Below, piece after piece: positions 42,055 through 51,202 of a DNA stretch of 64,000 nt. The stretch's first letter is position 1. The number at the start of each line of letters is the position of its first letter. The notes beneath the pieces are model-generated. The model ran no database searches, had not been told where the DNA came from, and was given only the letters and a program-made list of their open reading frames with translations. Origin of the DNA: an uncultured Acidobacteriota bacterium (GTDB lineage: Bacteria > Acidobacteriota > Thermoanaerobaculia > Multivoradales > JAHEKO01). Location of the stretch: the NCBI GenBank assembly GCA_963713825.1, contig CAVQNG010000003.1:672001-736000 (forward strand), given 5' to 3'. Both the position numbers and the translations under genes were made by a program.

Positions 42055-42996
42055 TCAGGGCACGATATGGGTGCCGGCCGAGCCGCGAATGGCAGCCTCG
42101 AGTAGGTGGGGCTGGGTAATGATTACCTCCTGGCCGCCATGCTCCAGGAACTCGATCGCCGCTTCGATCTTGGGCTTCATGCTGCCGGGCGGGAAATGAC
42201 CTGCCTCGAGATACAGCCGCGCCTCGCGGACGGTCATTCGATCGATCTCCCGCTGCTCGGGCTTCCCGAAGTTCAGAGCCACCCTGTCCACTGCCGTCGA
42301 GAGGATGAACATCTCGGCTCCGAGGTTCTTGGCCAGCATGCATGAGGCCCAGTCCTTGTCGACAACGGCACCCACCCCTTCGAGGCCACCGTCGTCCCGG
42401 CGAATCACCGGAATCCCGCCACCGCCAACCGCCACCACGATGATGTCCTTGGCCAACAGTGCCTCGATGGCCGGCTCCTCGATGATCTCCAGTGGCCGGG
42501 GTGACGCGACCACCCGCCGCCAGCCCCGCCCGGCGTCCTCGACCATCATCCACCCTTCGTTGTCCTGGTGCTCACGTGCTGTTGCCTCGCTGTAGAAGGG
42601 GCCGATCGGTTTCGAGGGCTTCTCGAATCCCGGGTCGTTCGCGTCGACCACCGTCTGCGTCACAATCGCGGCCACGGGCTTGTCGATCCCGCGGCGCCGC
42701 AACTCGTTGCCCAGGGTCTGGCTGATCTGATAGCCGATGGCACCCTGCGTATCGGCGCCACAACTGTCCAGGGGCACTTGGTGCAGCACCTCCTTGGCCA
42801 GCTCCGAGCGCAACAGGATGAAGCCGACCTGTGGGCCGTTGCCGTGCGTGATGACGACACGGTAACCCTCGGCCACGATATCGGCGATGTAATCGCTCGT
42901 CTCACCACAGGCCCGGTACTGATCGAAGACCGTCGAGTGCTCCGCATCTTTGATCAGCGAGTTACCACCAATAGCAATGACGACCAGCTTCTCCAT
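42055..42996 (-). CDS. arcC: Carbamate kinase
   Basis: VIAIGGNSL, THGNGPQVG, PSKPIGPFY, GWRRVVASP, VVDKD, GSMKPK. Confidence 0.95.
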   Translation of the reverse strand: MEKLVVIAIGGNSLIKDAEHSTVFDQYRACGETSDYIADIVAEGYRVVITHGNGPQVGFILLRSELAKEVLHQVPLDSCGADTQGAIGYQISQTLGNELRRRGIDKPVAAIVTQTVVDANDPGFEKPSKPIGPFYSEATAREHQDNEGWMMVEDAGRGWRRVVASPRPLEIIEEPAIEALLAKDIIVVAVGGGGIPVIRRDDGGLEGVGAVVDKDWASCMLAKNLGAEMFILSTAVDRVALNFGKPEQREIDRMTVREARLYLEAGHFPPGSMKPKIEAAIEFLEHGGQEVIITQPHLLEAAIRGSAGTHIVP

Positions 42997-43112
42997 GGAT
43001 CACCTCTCTCATGCCACGTCTCAGAGTTGAGACTCTTAGGCTATTATCCCGTTTCCAGACCCATTCAAGGGTCCTGAACTGTACGACCCCCGAAATCGGG
43101 AGGAGGTTTTCA

Positions 43113-44066
43113 ATGCGTAGCTTTCTGGGAAGGGACGTCCTCTCCCTCAAGGACTTCGACCGCGAAGAAGTCGATCACATTCTCGAAGTGGCCGAGGAAT
43201 TGGCTCCGATCGCCCGTAATCGTCAGAACACCGACTTGTTGCAGGACAAGATTCTGGCGGTGGCCTTCTACCAGCCCTCGACACGCACGCGGCTCGCCCA
43301 TGAGGCCGCGATGCTCCGCTTGGGCGGCAAGGTCACCGGCTACTCCGACGCCAAGATGACCCGCGCCGGCGACTTCTACCAGGAGACCATCAAGGACACC
43401 GTCAGGATGCTGGAGTGCTATGGCGATTGCATTGTCATGCGCCATTTCGAGCAGGGCGCACCCCACGAAGCCGCCCGCTGGGCAGAGGTTCCCATCATCA
43501 ACGGTGGCGACGGCTGGGGCGAGCACCCCACCCAGATCCTCACCGATCTCTATACCGTGCAGCAGGCCAAAGGCAGGATCGACGGCCTCAACTGGCTGGC
43601 CGTGGGTGACATGCGGATGCGCACCATGCACTCCCTGGCCTACGCCCTGACCAACTTCGACTGTCCCATCACTTTCGTCGCGCCGCCCGAGATCTCCCTG
43701 ACCGACGAGTTCAAGGCCGAGTTGGCGGGCTACGACCTCGACTTCCGTGAGGTGGACCATGTCGAGGAGGCCATCGCCGAGGCCGATGTGATTCTGGTCG
43801 AGCCCGTCGTGCAGCCCGACTACACCAAGTCCCGTGATGAGCGAGACGGGGACGTCGATCTGACACCGGCCAACTATCGGATCACCCGGGAGCTGCTCGA
43901 GGCCAAGGCCAAGTCGGATGCCGTGCTGCTGCACTCGCTGCCCCGCATGGACGAGATCCCGACCGAGGTCGACGACACCCCCTGGGCCTACTACTGGCAG
44001 GAGGCCTTCAACGGCGTGGTGATGCGGATGGCGTTGCTCGCCCTGGTCCTGGGAGCCAAAGAGTAG
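43113..44066 (+). CDS. Aspartate/ornithine carbamoyltransferase-family protein (ATCase-like, non-canonical)
   Basis: RBS GGAGG, PSTRT, NGGDG..EHPTQ, HSLPR. Lacks the ATCase KGE and RxQxER aspartate-binding motifs. Confidence 0.85.
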   Translation: MRSFLGRDVLSLKDFDREEVDHILEVAEELAPIARNRQNTDLLQDKILAVAFYQPSTRTRLAHEAAMLRLGGKVTGYSDAKMTRAGDFYQETIKDTVRMLECYGDCIVMRHFEQGAPHEAARWAEVPIINGGDGWGEHPTQILTDLYTVQQAKGRIDGLNWLAVGDMRMRTMHSLAYALTNFDCPITFVAPPEISLTDEFKAELAGYDLDFREVDHVEEAIAEADVILVEPVVQPDYTKSRDERDGDVDLTPANYRITRELLEAKAKSDAVLLHSLPRMDEIPTEVDDTPWAYYWQEAFNGVVMRMALLALVLGAKE

Positions 44067-44079
44067 GGAGCTTTTGGGG

Positions 44080-45270
44080 CTATAGGCGGCGCGGAGCCCC
44101 TCGCTGCAGCACTTCGGCGAGCACTCGGGCGGGATTCTCGAAGCGCGACAGTAGAATCATCGCCGCCATCACATAGGGCTTGTGCTCGGCCTCGTGGTAG
44201 GTGGCCGTCCGGTAGCGCTCGAACACGCTGGCGGCCACCTCACCCTCCTCACAACTGACTGCCGTGATATCGGCGGGGAGGCAGTGCATGTAGAGGGCTC
44301 GTCCTTCCTGCGTGGTCGCCATGAGCTCCTCGGTGCATTCCCACTGCTTGAACTGAGCGTTGTTCGCCACCGCCTCTTTCTCCAGTTCATCCATTTTGTC
44401 GGCCTGCCCCGAGCGCAAATAGCGGGTCCGCTTCTCCATGACGTGGAAGGGCGCCCAGCTCTTCGGGTAGACGACCTCGGCATCGGCGAAGGCTTCTTCC
44501 ATGCTGTGAACCAACTGGAAGGAGCCACCCGAACTCGCGGCCTGCTGGCTGGCCCGCTCGGCCGTGCCCGGCATCAGGTCATAGCCCTCGGGGTGAGCGA
44601 GCACCACATCCATCCCAAAGCGGGTCATCAGGTTGACGATGCCCTGGGGCACCGACAGAGGCTTGCCATAGGAGGGTGAGTAGGCCCAGGTCATGGCCAG
44701 CTTCTTGCCCCGCAGAGCCTCGAGCGAGCCGAAGGTCTTCCCGAGATGCATCAGGTCGGCCAGCGACTGTGTCGGATGGTCGCGGTCGCACTGCAGATTG
44801 ACCACCGCGGGACGCTGCGGCAACACCCCCTCTTCGTAGGCTTCGTCCAGTGAGCTCGCGACCTCGACCATGTACTCGTGCCCTTCGCCGATGAACAGGT
44901 CGTCCCGGATTCCGATGGCCTCGGTGAGAAACGAGATCATGGCCGCCGTCTCCCGCACCGTCTCTCCATGCGCCACCTGGGTCTTTGTTTCGTCCAGATC
45001 CATCAAGGACAGGCCCAGCAGGCTGGCGGCGCTGGCGAATGAGAATCGGGTACGGGTCGACTTGTCGCGGAAAAGAGAGACGGCTAGTCCGCCGCGAAAC
45101 AGACGCGCGTCGCAGTTGGCCCGATAGAGGTCCTCGAAGATCTCGGTGGCCAGCAGGAGCGCCTTGAGGTCGGCGCCCGATTGCTCCCAGGTCAGAAGGC
45201 AGTCCCTCTGGTAGAGATTCGTCTCTGTCCGGCCGAGCTCTTCGATACGTTGGCGAATCCGTTCCGACAT
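44080..45270 (-). CDS. ygeW: Knotted carbamoyltransferase YgeW
   Basis: FRDKSTRTR, HGETVRETA, LQCDRDHPTQ, WAYSPSYGKPLSVPQG, YPKSW, HCLPAD. Confidence 0.93.
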   Translation of the reverse strand: MSERIRQRIEELGRTETNLYQRDCLLTWEQSGADLKALLLATEIFEDLYRANCDARLFRGGLAVSLFRDKSTRTRFSFASAASLLGLSLMDLDETKTQVAHGETVRETAAMISFLTEAIGIRDDLFIGEGHEYMVEVASSLDEAYEEGVLPQRPAVVNLQCDRDHPTQSLADLMHLGKTFGSLEALRGKKLAMTWAYSPSYGKPLSVPQGIVNLMTRFGMDVVLAHPEGYDLMPGTAERASQQAASSGGSFQLVHSMEEAFADAEVVYPKSWAPFHVMEKRTRYLRSGQADKMDELEKEAVANNAQFKQWECTEELMATTQEGRALYMHCLPADITAVSCEEGEVAASVFERYRTATYHEAEHKPYVMAAMILLSRFENPARVLAEVLQRGAPRRL

Positions 45271-45288
45271 CCGATGCTCCTTGAGGTC

Positions 45289-47340
45289 CTATGCGTAGAG
45301 ACTGTTGATGTAGTTGATCCGATCCCCATCCAGAATCGCGAGTCGTAGCGCATCCATGAGAAAGAAGTACGTCAGGTCTACCTCGCCCTCGGCTTCCCCT
45401 TCGAGTGTTCCCTCAGGGTCCTGGCGGTCGAATCGTACCCGGAATCCTGGCCCGGTGAACGCGATCTCGTTCGCCTCGGCCCGCAGCTCGAACTCCTGGC
45501 CTTCGAAGCGGCCCAGCACCTCGTCGCGACCGGCCCGTCGCGCCATCTGGAAGCCATCCAACTCGATCGACGTCCTCCAGTCTTCAGCCCGCCGAAAGAA
45601 ACGCGGTTTGACGACGTAGGGCCCTCCATCTTCGGGGCAGAAGACGTCGCAGTTGCCGCACTCGTTGCAAAAGTCGGCGAAGGTGCCGATCTGGTGTCGC
45701 TCCTCGAGTCTCAGAGATCCCGTCTGCGCCCAATCCCAGCCTTCGGATCGCCGTTGCACCTTGACGACGGGAATCTCATCTCCTTCGATACGGTAGGTGA
45801 AGTTGGCATCATTGGGGCAGACCGGTACGCAGATGTCACAGGTGATGCAGTCGAACAGCTGCAGGTGGCGGCCGATCTTACGCGGTGCGGTGGCGTTGCG
45901 CTCCCGCCCGTAGCGGGGATCCCGTTCCACGGCCTCGACATAGCGTTCCGTGTTCAGCACCTTGGCAGCAGAGACCCACTGGCTGAACAGATCTTCTCCG
46001 GCCGCTTGTCTGAGGTCAGCCTCGTCCGACAGCGCTAGCAGGCAGGCCTCGCGAACTGGCGCTTCCGGGACTAACTCCAACTGGTCGAGGGCCTCTCGGC
46101 CCAGGTCATGCGCTCGCACGATGAAGTCGTCGATGGTCGGGGCGCCCACCTGCTCCATGCGTCGGGCCAGCTCTGCATGGTAGGCCTGCATTCGTCCATA
46201 ACCGCCCTTCTTCAGTAGGTCCGTGCAGACCGTCACCGGCACCAGGCCCAATGCCACCGCGTCCGGGAAATTGACGCTATCGATGCCAGCTGAGAACGAC
46301 ACCGGGATACGATCGCCGAAGTGCCGTCGAAAACGCCGCACCAGATGCATGGCAAGAACGTGGAGTGGCGGTCCCGACAAATAGACCTCCCTCTCGCTCT
46401 CCGGCAGGAATCCCTGGTTGTTTTCGACGATCAGAGTGTTGGTGAACTTCGCACCCAGACCCAAATCGAGAGCCCTGGCTTTTTGCTCCAGTCGCTCCAT
46501 CATGGCAACGGCTTGCTCCCAGGTCGTATCCCGCTCGAAAGCGCTGGCCGGCACGCGGATATCGTGGTAACCGAGGCTGTCGTGCAGCAGGTGCGCGGTC
46601 TTCTCGCGGCCGAGCAGCATGGGATTGAACTTGACGACGCAGTTGAGCCGATACTCCTGCATCAGAAACAGGATGATGCCTTCGATCTCCTCTGGAGGAC
46701 AGCCGTGAAAGGTGCTCAGGGTGACCGTGTCCGCCAGGGAGTTGGAGAAATCCAGATCGCGCAGCTCGCCCAGCTCAGAGGGAATCTCTTGGCGCAGCCG
46801 TTCGATGGTTTCGCCGGCGCTCATCATCCCTTCAATGAACGATCGAACCCTGTCCGAACGGATGCCGGCGAGGTCGTATCCCACACTCAGGTCGTAAACG
46901 ATCTCTCGGCACCCCTGCACCCCTTCGATCTGGCCGCTGTCGGCGAGCATCTCGATCAGCATCGAGCCCTTCACGTACTCGTTCAGTGACTCTTCCAGCT
47001 TGAGCTCCTGGGACCACTCGGCGTTGAAGCCTACAGTCCGCATGTCGATGCAGGGGCGTGGAATCTCCAGGTCGTCGAGAACTTGGACGGTCTTCAGCTC
47101 CAGGATCCGGGCGCCGCCCAACCAGGCCAGAACGAGGTTCTGCGCCATCTGGGTCTGGGGGCCGGCCGCCGGGCCCAGCGGGCTGGGTACCCGGTGGCGG
47201 TGAAAGTCGACCGCGAAGTCCTGCCCATGCTTTGGGGAGAAGAACCGACTCCGCGGCAAGTCGAAGATCGATCCGCATGCCGCCAGCTCTCGGAACATGC
47301 GCCGCGTCAGCGCGGCAAAAGGATAGGGCGTCAGGTTCAA
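45289..47340 (-). CDS. YgfK-like oxidoreductase, short form (DHOD-like barrel plus C-terminal 4Fe-4S, no central NAD(P)H/FAD module)
   Basis: GPAAGPQTQMAQN, ELKTVQ..PCID..FNAEWS, TLSTFHGCPP, YLSG, CTDLLK.GGY, then FDCITCDICVPVCPNDAN and CNECGNCDVFCP. Likely TTG start overlapping the upstream stop. Confidence 0.85.
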   Translation of the reverse strand: MNLTPYPFAALTRRMFRELAACGSIFDLPRSRFFSPKHGQDFAVDFHRHRVPSPLGPAAGPQTQMAQNLVLAWLGGARILELKTVQVLDDLEIPRPCIDMRTVGFNAEWSQELKLEESLNEYVKGSMLIEMLADSGQIEGVQGCREIVYDLSVGYDLAGIRSDRVRSFIEGMMSAGETIERLRQEIPSELGELRDLDFSNSLADTVTLSTFHGCPPEEIEGIILFLMQEYRLNCVVKFNPMLLGREKTAHLLHDSLGYHDIRVPASAFERDTTWEQAVAMMERLEQKARALDLGLGAKFTNTLIVENNQGFLPESEREVYLSGPPLHVLAMHLVRRFRRHFGDRIPVSFSAGIDSVNFPDAVALGLVPVTVCTDLLKKGGYGRMQAYHAELARRMEQVGAPTIDDFIVRAHDLGREALDQLELVPEAPVREACLLALSDEADLRQAAGEDLFSQWVSAAKVLNTERYVEAVERDPRYGRERNATAPRKIGRHLQLFDCITCDICVPVCPNDANFTYRIEGDEIPVVKVQRRSEGWDWAQTGSLRLEERHQIGTFADFCNECGNCDVFCPEDGGPYVVKPRFFRRAEDWRTSIELDGFQMARRAGRDEVLGRFEGQEFELRAEANEIAFTGPGFRVRFDRQDPEGTLEGEAEGEVDLTYFFLMDALRLAILDGDRINYINSLYA

Positions 47341-48761
47341 CTGCCCATGTCCTCGGTAAAGACCGACCGGGGAGGGGCGTGCGGATAAGCCCACTTGCGA
47401 ACCGCGACCGCCTCTTTGACGTGGTCGATGACCTGAAGCGAGATCTCCGTGACGATCTGTTCCAGTTCTCCTTCAGTCATCTCCACGATGAGACCGTCCA
47501 CGGCATCACCGATCATGGCCTCTACGACTGTATGCCCCTCCTCGCTGGAAAGCGTGGCCGACAGCGTGTCGGCGAACGCATTGAAGACCACCTGTCCCAC
47601 GGTGACTACGAGCGGTCTCAGAACGGCATCCGGTAGAGGCACCATTCGCAGGGCGTCAGCACTTTCCACGGCCTGCTCCAGGTTGGTGTTCATGAAGCCC
47701 CTTGCCTGTTCCCTGACTTCCTCGCTGGTCAGGATCTCCTGCAACTGATTGGCCAGCTCGCGGCTCAAAGCGTCGCGGTGAGTCGTAGCGACCGAGCGGA
47801 TGATCTTCTGGTGGGTCCCGTCACGGATCTCGGCCTGGGTCTCGTTGAGGATGCGCAGCGACACCATGTCGGAGATCTCTTCGCTGATGATGTTGGCGAA
47901 GTACTTGACTGTGCGGCTGATGACGTCGTCCCCTACCTTCGAGTATTCGCTCTGGTGCAGGCGAATGTAGATGGAAGCCACCCGAAACAGACGGAAGAGC
48001 CGGAATTGCTTGAGCGGAATGATTCCCAGCAGGTCGTACCAGTGGAACAGCGGGTACAGAAACCAGGTGGCATAAGTCCCACGACGAACCGAGACGAACC
48101 AACCGATGAAGAACTCCGCCGCGAAGATCAGCAGAAAGGGGAGATCGATCTTCCAGAAATTGTCGGTGAGATTGCCGCCCAGATCATAGGTTCGGTAGAA
48201 GTTGACCTCCATCAGGGGTCGCACTGTGTCGTCGAAGAACTGAACCCGCCCGGGAAGCCTCTGAGGGTCCGGCTGCAGCGACCAGAAGTATGGGAGGCCT
48301 TCCTCGCTGGTCACTCCTTCCATGACGGCCATTCCGCCCGGCTCCTCTTGGAGGTACAGCTGCATTTCCTTGAGACTGCGAATCAGGCTCCGGGTCAGCC
48401 CCGAGCGCTCGAACGGGTTCTCCTTCACAATCGTCACGGAGAGCCCTTGTAACTCCACAAGTGTCGTTTCGAGCTCGAAGGGTGGCGCCGCCGCTTCGAG
48501 CTGCTCTTCGAGGCGATCGACGAGCGCCAAGGTTGCCGTCGTGAGCGGCTCGGGCTCGATGCCCTTGACCGGATCGTAGATTCGCGTGATCGACGGAAGG
48601 TGCCGGAAATAGACGGGGCGTAGCCAGAGGTAAGTGAGATCGAACAGGATCAGGCCCAGGTTCACGATGGCCAGATAGACCATCAAGAAGTCCCAAGCCA
48701 ACCGTGGCGTGAGACTCCTCCCGAAGGCTCGTAGCCGAGCGAATCTGCCTTCCCTGCTCAT
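47337..48761 (-). CDS. Ion-transport-like membrane protein with S4-like helix and long helical C-terminus
   Basis: S1-like helix, large loop, IDLPFLLIFAAEF (S2), WYDLLGIIP (S3), FRLFRLFRVASIYIR (S4-like). No pore signature. Confidence 0.7.
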   Translation of the reverse strand: MSREGRFARLRAFGRSLTPRLAWDFLMVYLAIVNLGLILFDLTYLWLRPVYFRHLPSITRIYDPVKGIEPEPLTTATLALVDRLEEQLEAAAPPFELETTLVELQGLSVTIVKENPFERSGLTRSLIRSLKEMQLYLQEEPGGMAVMEGVTSEEGLPYFWSLQPDPQRLPGRVQFFDDTVRPLMEVNFYRTYDLGGNLTDNFWKIDLPFLLIFAAEFFIGWFVSVRRGTYATWFLYPLFHWYDLLGIIPLKQFRLFRLFRVASIYIRLHQSEYSKVGDDVISRTVKYFANIISEEISDMVSLRILNETQAEIRDGTHQKIIRSVATTHRDALSRELANQLQEILTSEEVREQARGFMNTNLEQAVESADALRMVPLPDAVLRPLVVTVGQVVFNAFADTLSATLSSEEGHTVVEAMIGDAVDGLIVEMTEGELEQIVTEISLQVIDHVKEAVAVRKWAYPHAPPRSVFTEDMGS

Positions 48762-48845
48762 GACCAGAGTCAAGCGTAACGCATACCCGCCTGCTTTGGC
48801 TTTGGCGGATTGCACATTGCGCTGTCTCGCGTGGCAGGGCCGTGG

Positions 48846-49200
48846 TTAGTCCTGGCGCAGAACCACGTCACCGTCGCCGGTGGTGATCTGGATGGTGCCC
48901 TGGCCGTCACCAATGCGGCCAGAGGTGCGGCGTCGGAGCCTTCGACCTCGATGCTCCCCTCGCAGCGCTCGAGAGTCACATCGCCATCACTCGTTCGGAT
49001 GCTGCCTCGACTGGTCTCGCAATCGCGGATCTGAATATCCCCATCCTGGCCCCGGATCCTGAAGCCAACCTGCAATCCAGCGATTCTGATGTCGCCGTCA
49101 CTCGACTCGAGGGCGATGTCGGCGCCCCAGTCCTGGATCGACACATTCCCGTCCTGGCCTTCGAGCTCGAGAGCGACCCGCGGTACCGACTTCCAAAGCC
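48846..49200 (-). pseudogene. DUF4097-type beta-strand repeat protein fragment
   Basis: Repeats LEGQDGNVSI, LESSDGDIRI, IRGQDGDIQI, IRTSDGDVTL, and terminal IGDGQGTIQITTGDGDVVL in a shifted frame. The 5' part is missing. Confidence 0.7.
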
Positions 49201-49222
49201 GCTCGTAGTAGATTGGGCGTCC

Positions 49223-51118
49223 ATGTCGGACTCCTTCGCTCCCGTTCGCCAGGTGGCCTTGCTCTTTCTGGTACTCGCCGCCTCTTCCCTGGAGCCGGTT
49301 GGAGCGCAGGAGTCACCTGGGTTCGCGGACACTCGCTCGCGACTCGTCAGTCTTCACACCGATCGGTTGACCTCCGGCTGGCTGAAGACTCATGGCGTGC
49401 CCGGTGCTGTGGTGGCCCTCGTCAAAGACAGGCGTCCGCTGCTGGTCAAGGGCTACGGCGTGGCCGACTTGGCCTCCGGCGTGCCAATGGATCCCGAACG
49501 CACGCTCGTCCATGCCTCCTCTCTTGCCACACCCTTGACAGCGACCGCTCTGCTCCAGTTGGTCGATGCTGGACTTCTGGATCTGGGAGCCGACATCGAC
49601 TCCTATCTTCAGACCCTGCGAATCCAACCGACGTTTCCGGAGCCTGTTACCGCCAAGCGGCTTCTGGTTCATAGCGCCGGGTTCGACGCCCGGATCATCG
49701 CTCGTCAGGTTCACTACCCCGAGGAGCTCCAGCCACTGCAGGACTACCTGGCTGCCAGAATGCCACCCAGGATCCGGCCACCAGGCGAGGTCAGCATCTA
49801 CTCCGAGCACAGCTACGCCCTGGCGGGATTGCTGATCGAAGAGATCTCCGGCGCCCCGTTTGCCGCCTACATGCGTCGAAACGTGTTCTTGCCTTTGGGA
49901 ATGCGCCGGAGCTCATTTGCTTGGACGCCGGAGCTCGCGACCTCCGTGGCGACGGGCTATGGATTGGTAGGCACAGATCTCGAGCCGGTGCCAAGGGATC
50001 TCCGGCAGACGGTGCCGGCTTTCATGTTGGCGACCACCGCCTCGGACGCGGCCCACTGGATGCTGGCCCTGCTCAATCAGGGCGCCTTCGAAGGGCACCG
50101 CATCCTCAGCAGCGAAAGCGCTTCTCTGATGCTGTCGCGGCAATTCACCCACCATCCTGCGCTCGTCGGCAGGAGCTTTGGCTTGCGCGAAGGCCACCAC
50201 TTCGAGTCCGGCGAGTTCTTTCAGGTGGGCACGAGCTCGGGTTTCTCTTCGGCGGTTGTGCTGCTTCCTGCTCGACGCCTCGGACTCTTTGTGGCGGGCA
50301 ATGGTCGAACTCCTATCTGGGGATTGGTCGACGCCATCCTGAGGCCTTTTGTGGGCCGAGCTCCAAGCCCCCTCCCCCTAGATGAGGAGCCCTCCGAGGA
50401 CCGCGCTCTCGGGGTAGCCGGGTTCTATCGCGAGACCGGCATCCCGCTGACCAGCCTCGAGAAGCTGGCTACCCTGATCCGTCAGGATCGCCTGGTCGAG
50501 TCGGCCGCAGGCGACCTGGTCTGGCGGTCTCGCACATTCAGACCGGCGGAAGAGCCGTTGCTCTATCGAGAGATGGACTCGGGCGAGCCCTTGGCCCTGG
50601 TGAGCGGGACATCCAAGACCTGGTACCTGGCATTCTCGTGGGGACTCATGGAGGGCGTCTCCTGGTTCGACAGCCGACCGGTGCAGCTCACCCTCTGGGT
50701 CGTGTTTGCGGCCCTCTTTCTGGCGGCATCGGCCTTGCCGACGAGCCGGTTTCCGGCCCGGCAGGCCAGCCTGACTCCGCCGGACTCCTTTCGTCCTCGC
50801 TGGCCCCTCTACTGCGCTTCCCTCGCGGCTCTCTTTCATCTGGCCTTCCTCATCACCCTGGCCACCACACTGGCCTGGGCCCTTGGAGAGGGAGCCCAGA
50901 GTCTGGCCTTCGGTGTCCCCCTCGCCCTCCGCCTGGTATTAGGCCTGCCTTTGATCGGAGCAGCCCTGACCCTGCCCGCCCTGCTTGGCACGATTCGCGC
51001 CTGGTTGGCGAGATCCTGGACTCTCGGTCATCGTCTCCGCTTGACCTTCACCGTTGTCGCGTTGTTGCTGTTCCTGCCGTTTCTCCGCACCTGGAATATG
51101 CTGGGGTTCCATTTTTGA
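49223..51118 (+). CDS. Beta-lactamase class C/serine hydrolase-family membrane protein with degenerate active-site motifs
   Basis: VPGAVVALV..KGYG..D, LLVHSAG, PLGM, C-terminal TMs. The motifs read SLAT, YSE and QVG instead of SxxK, YxN and HxG. Confidence 0.85.
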   Translation: MSDSFAPVRQVALLFLVLAASSLEPVGAQESPGFADTRSRLVSLHTDRLTSGWLKTHGVPGAVVALVKDRRPLLVKGYGVADLASGVPMDPERTLVHASSLATPLTATALLQLVDAGLLDLGADIDSYLQTLRIQPTFPEPVTAKRLLVHSAGFDARIIARQVHYPEELQPLQDYLAARMPPRIRPPGEVSIYSEHSYALAGLLIEEISGAPFAAYMRRNVFLPLGMRRSSFAWTPELATSVATGYGLVGTDLEPVPRDLRQTVPAFMLATTASDAAHWMLALLNQGAFEGHRILSSESASLMLSRQFTHHPALVGRSFGLREGHHFESGEFFQVGTSSGFSSAVVLLPARRLGLFVAGNGRTPIWGLVDAILRPFVGRAPSPLPLDEEPSEDRALGVAGFYRETGIPLTSLEKLATLIRQDRLVESAAGDLVWRSRTFRPAEEPLLYREMDSGEPLALVSGTSKTWYLAFSWGLMEGVSWFDSRPVQLTLWVVFAALFLAASALPTSRFPARQASLTPPDSFRPRWPLYCASLAALFHLAFLITLATTLAWALGEGAQSLAFGVPLALRLVLGLPLIGAALTLPALLGTIRAWLARSWTLGHRLRLTFTVVALLLFLPFLRTWNMLGFHF

Positions 51119-51202
51119 GTGGAGCTTCCAACGCTCACTCCGCCATGGTTCGTGGCACAATGCAGCACGGCTAGACCTAGACGCTTGGGAGGGTCGATCT
51201 CT

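Noticed and set aside
43113-44066. Plain pyrB annotation
   Set aside because: Aspartate-binding motifs are altered and the context is catabolic, so the symbol was withheld.
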